Below are positions 63,591 to 64,000 of a stretch of 64,000 nucleotides of DNA, one piece after another; within the stretch, counting starts at the first letter, position 1; every line of letters starts with the position of its first letter. The translations under genes and the position numbers were made by a program. Origin of the DNA: an uncultured Candidatus Rokubacteria bacterium (GTDB lineage: Bacteria > Methylomirabilota > Methylomirabilia > Rokubacteriales > DASRDR01); NCBI GenBank assembly GCA_963749975.1, contig CAVVOZ010000031.1, positions 1,270-65,269 on the forward strand, read 5' to 3'. The notes under the pieces were generated by a model, which was given only the letters and a program-made list of their open reading frames with translations, was not told the origin of the DNA and ran no database searches.

Positions 63591-64000
63591 GCGTCGAGCT
63601 CCACGAGCCCCTCGGGAGGCCGCGCCACCACGCGCCGCGCCGCCAGGTCCACCCGCTCGACGAGCGCCGTCACCGCGGGGAGGGACCACGCCCGATCGCC
63701 GCGCTGCACCGTCCAGTAGTCGTGCTCGGGGCCCGCGAGGACCTCCGTGATCGTGCCGAGGCTCGCGCCCTCCGGGGTCTCCACGACGCACCCCACCAGA
63801 TCGAACGCGTAGTAGCGGTCCGGCGGCAGCTGCCGCACCGACGCGCGCGGGATCGTGACGAGCCGGCCGACGAGCGCCTGGGCGTCCGTCATGGTGGCGC
63901 TCCCGGCGAACTTCACGACGGGGACCCGCCCCTGGAACCAGACGGCCTCCACGTCGTGCCGCTCCCCCGCAGCCGGCGGCACGAGCCAGCACTCCCGCAG
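63587..64000 (-). CDS. rimM: 16S rRNA processing protein RimM (partial; continues beyond the window end)
   Basis: RimM N-terminal pattern in ORF 63587..63982; position upstream of trmD. Confidence 0.8.
   Translation of the reverse strand: MRECWLVPPAAGERHDVEAVWFQGRVPVVKFAGSATMTDAQALVGRLVTIPRASVRQLPPDRYYAFDLVGCVVETPEGASLGTITEVLAGPEHDYWTVQRGDRAWSLPAVTALVERVDLAARRVVARPPEGLVELDA

Overview
This is a ~70% GC bacterial chromosomal segment (a Myxococcota/Rokubacteria-like phylum is a guess only). Nearly all of it is coding, and most long ORFs on the opposite strand are GC-driven artefacts. The dominant content is an almost complete type IVa pilus (T4aP) locus on the minus strand. Read in transcription order (decreasing coordinates) it contains: pilB-pilT-pilC-pilS-pilR; a sigma54 promoter and the major pilin pilA; a tightly coupled putative lipid-linked glycosylation operon (GtrB/ArnC-like GT2, SAM methyltransferase, GT39/ArnT-like GT-C, two paralogous ~500-aa polytopic membrane proteins); a HEAT-repeat protein, an HD-GYP phosphodiesterase, a small ORF, prepilin peptidase pilD and a GGDEF cyclase; a minor-pilin cluster (FimT/GspH-, PilV-, PilW-, PilX/Y-like); a hybrid histidine kinase with an unusual (V/I)REVPV tandem-repeat array; and pilM-pilN-pilO-pilP-pilQ followed by a secreted hypothetical protein. 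The rest of the window holds housekeeping and accessory genes: a heat-shock operon (hsp20-dnaK-dnaJ-hspR-dksA-like-lon), a lytic transglycosylase, small enzymes, an IS4-family insertion beside an ACC-deaminase-like gene, comM/yifB, and a ~6.3 kb segment carrying two tandem paralogous GT-C + double-discoidin proteins that sits between a truncated and a full copy of yraN. The window ends with the ankyrin-hyp-rnhB-rplS-trmD-rimM cluster. A striking caveat is that at least 15 otherwise intact genes need single-base frame corrections, which points to indel-type sequence errors or pseudogenes; coordinates I derived by hand may be off by 1-2 nt. No rRNA, tRNA or CRISPR was recognised.
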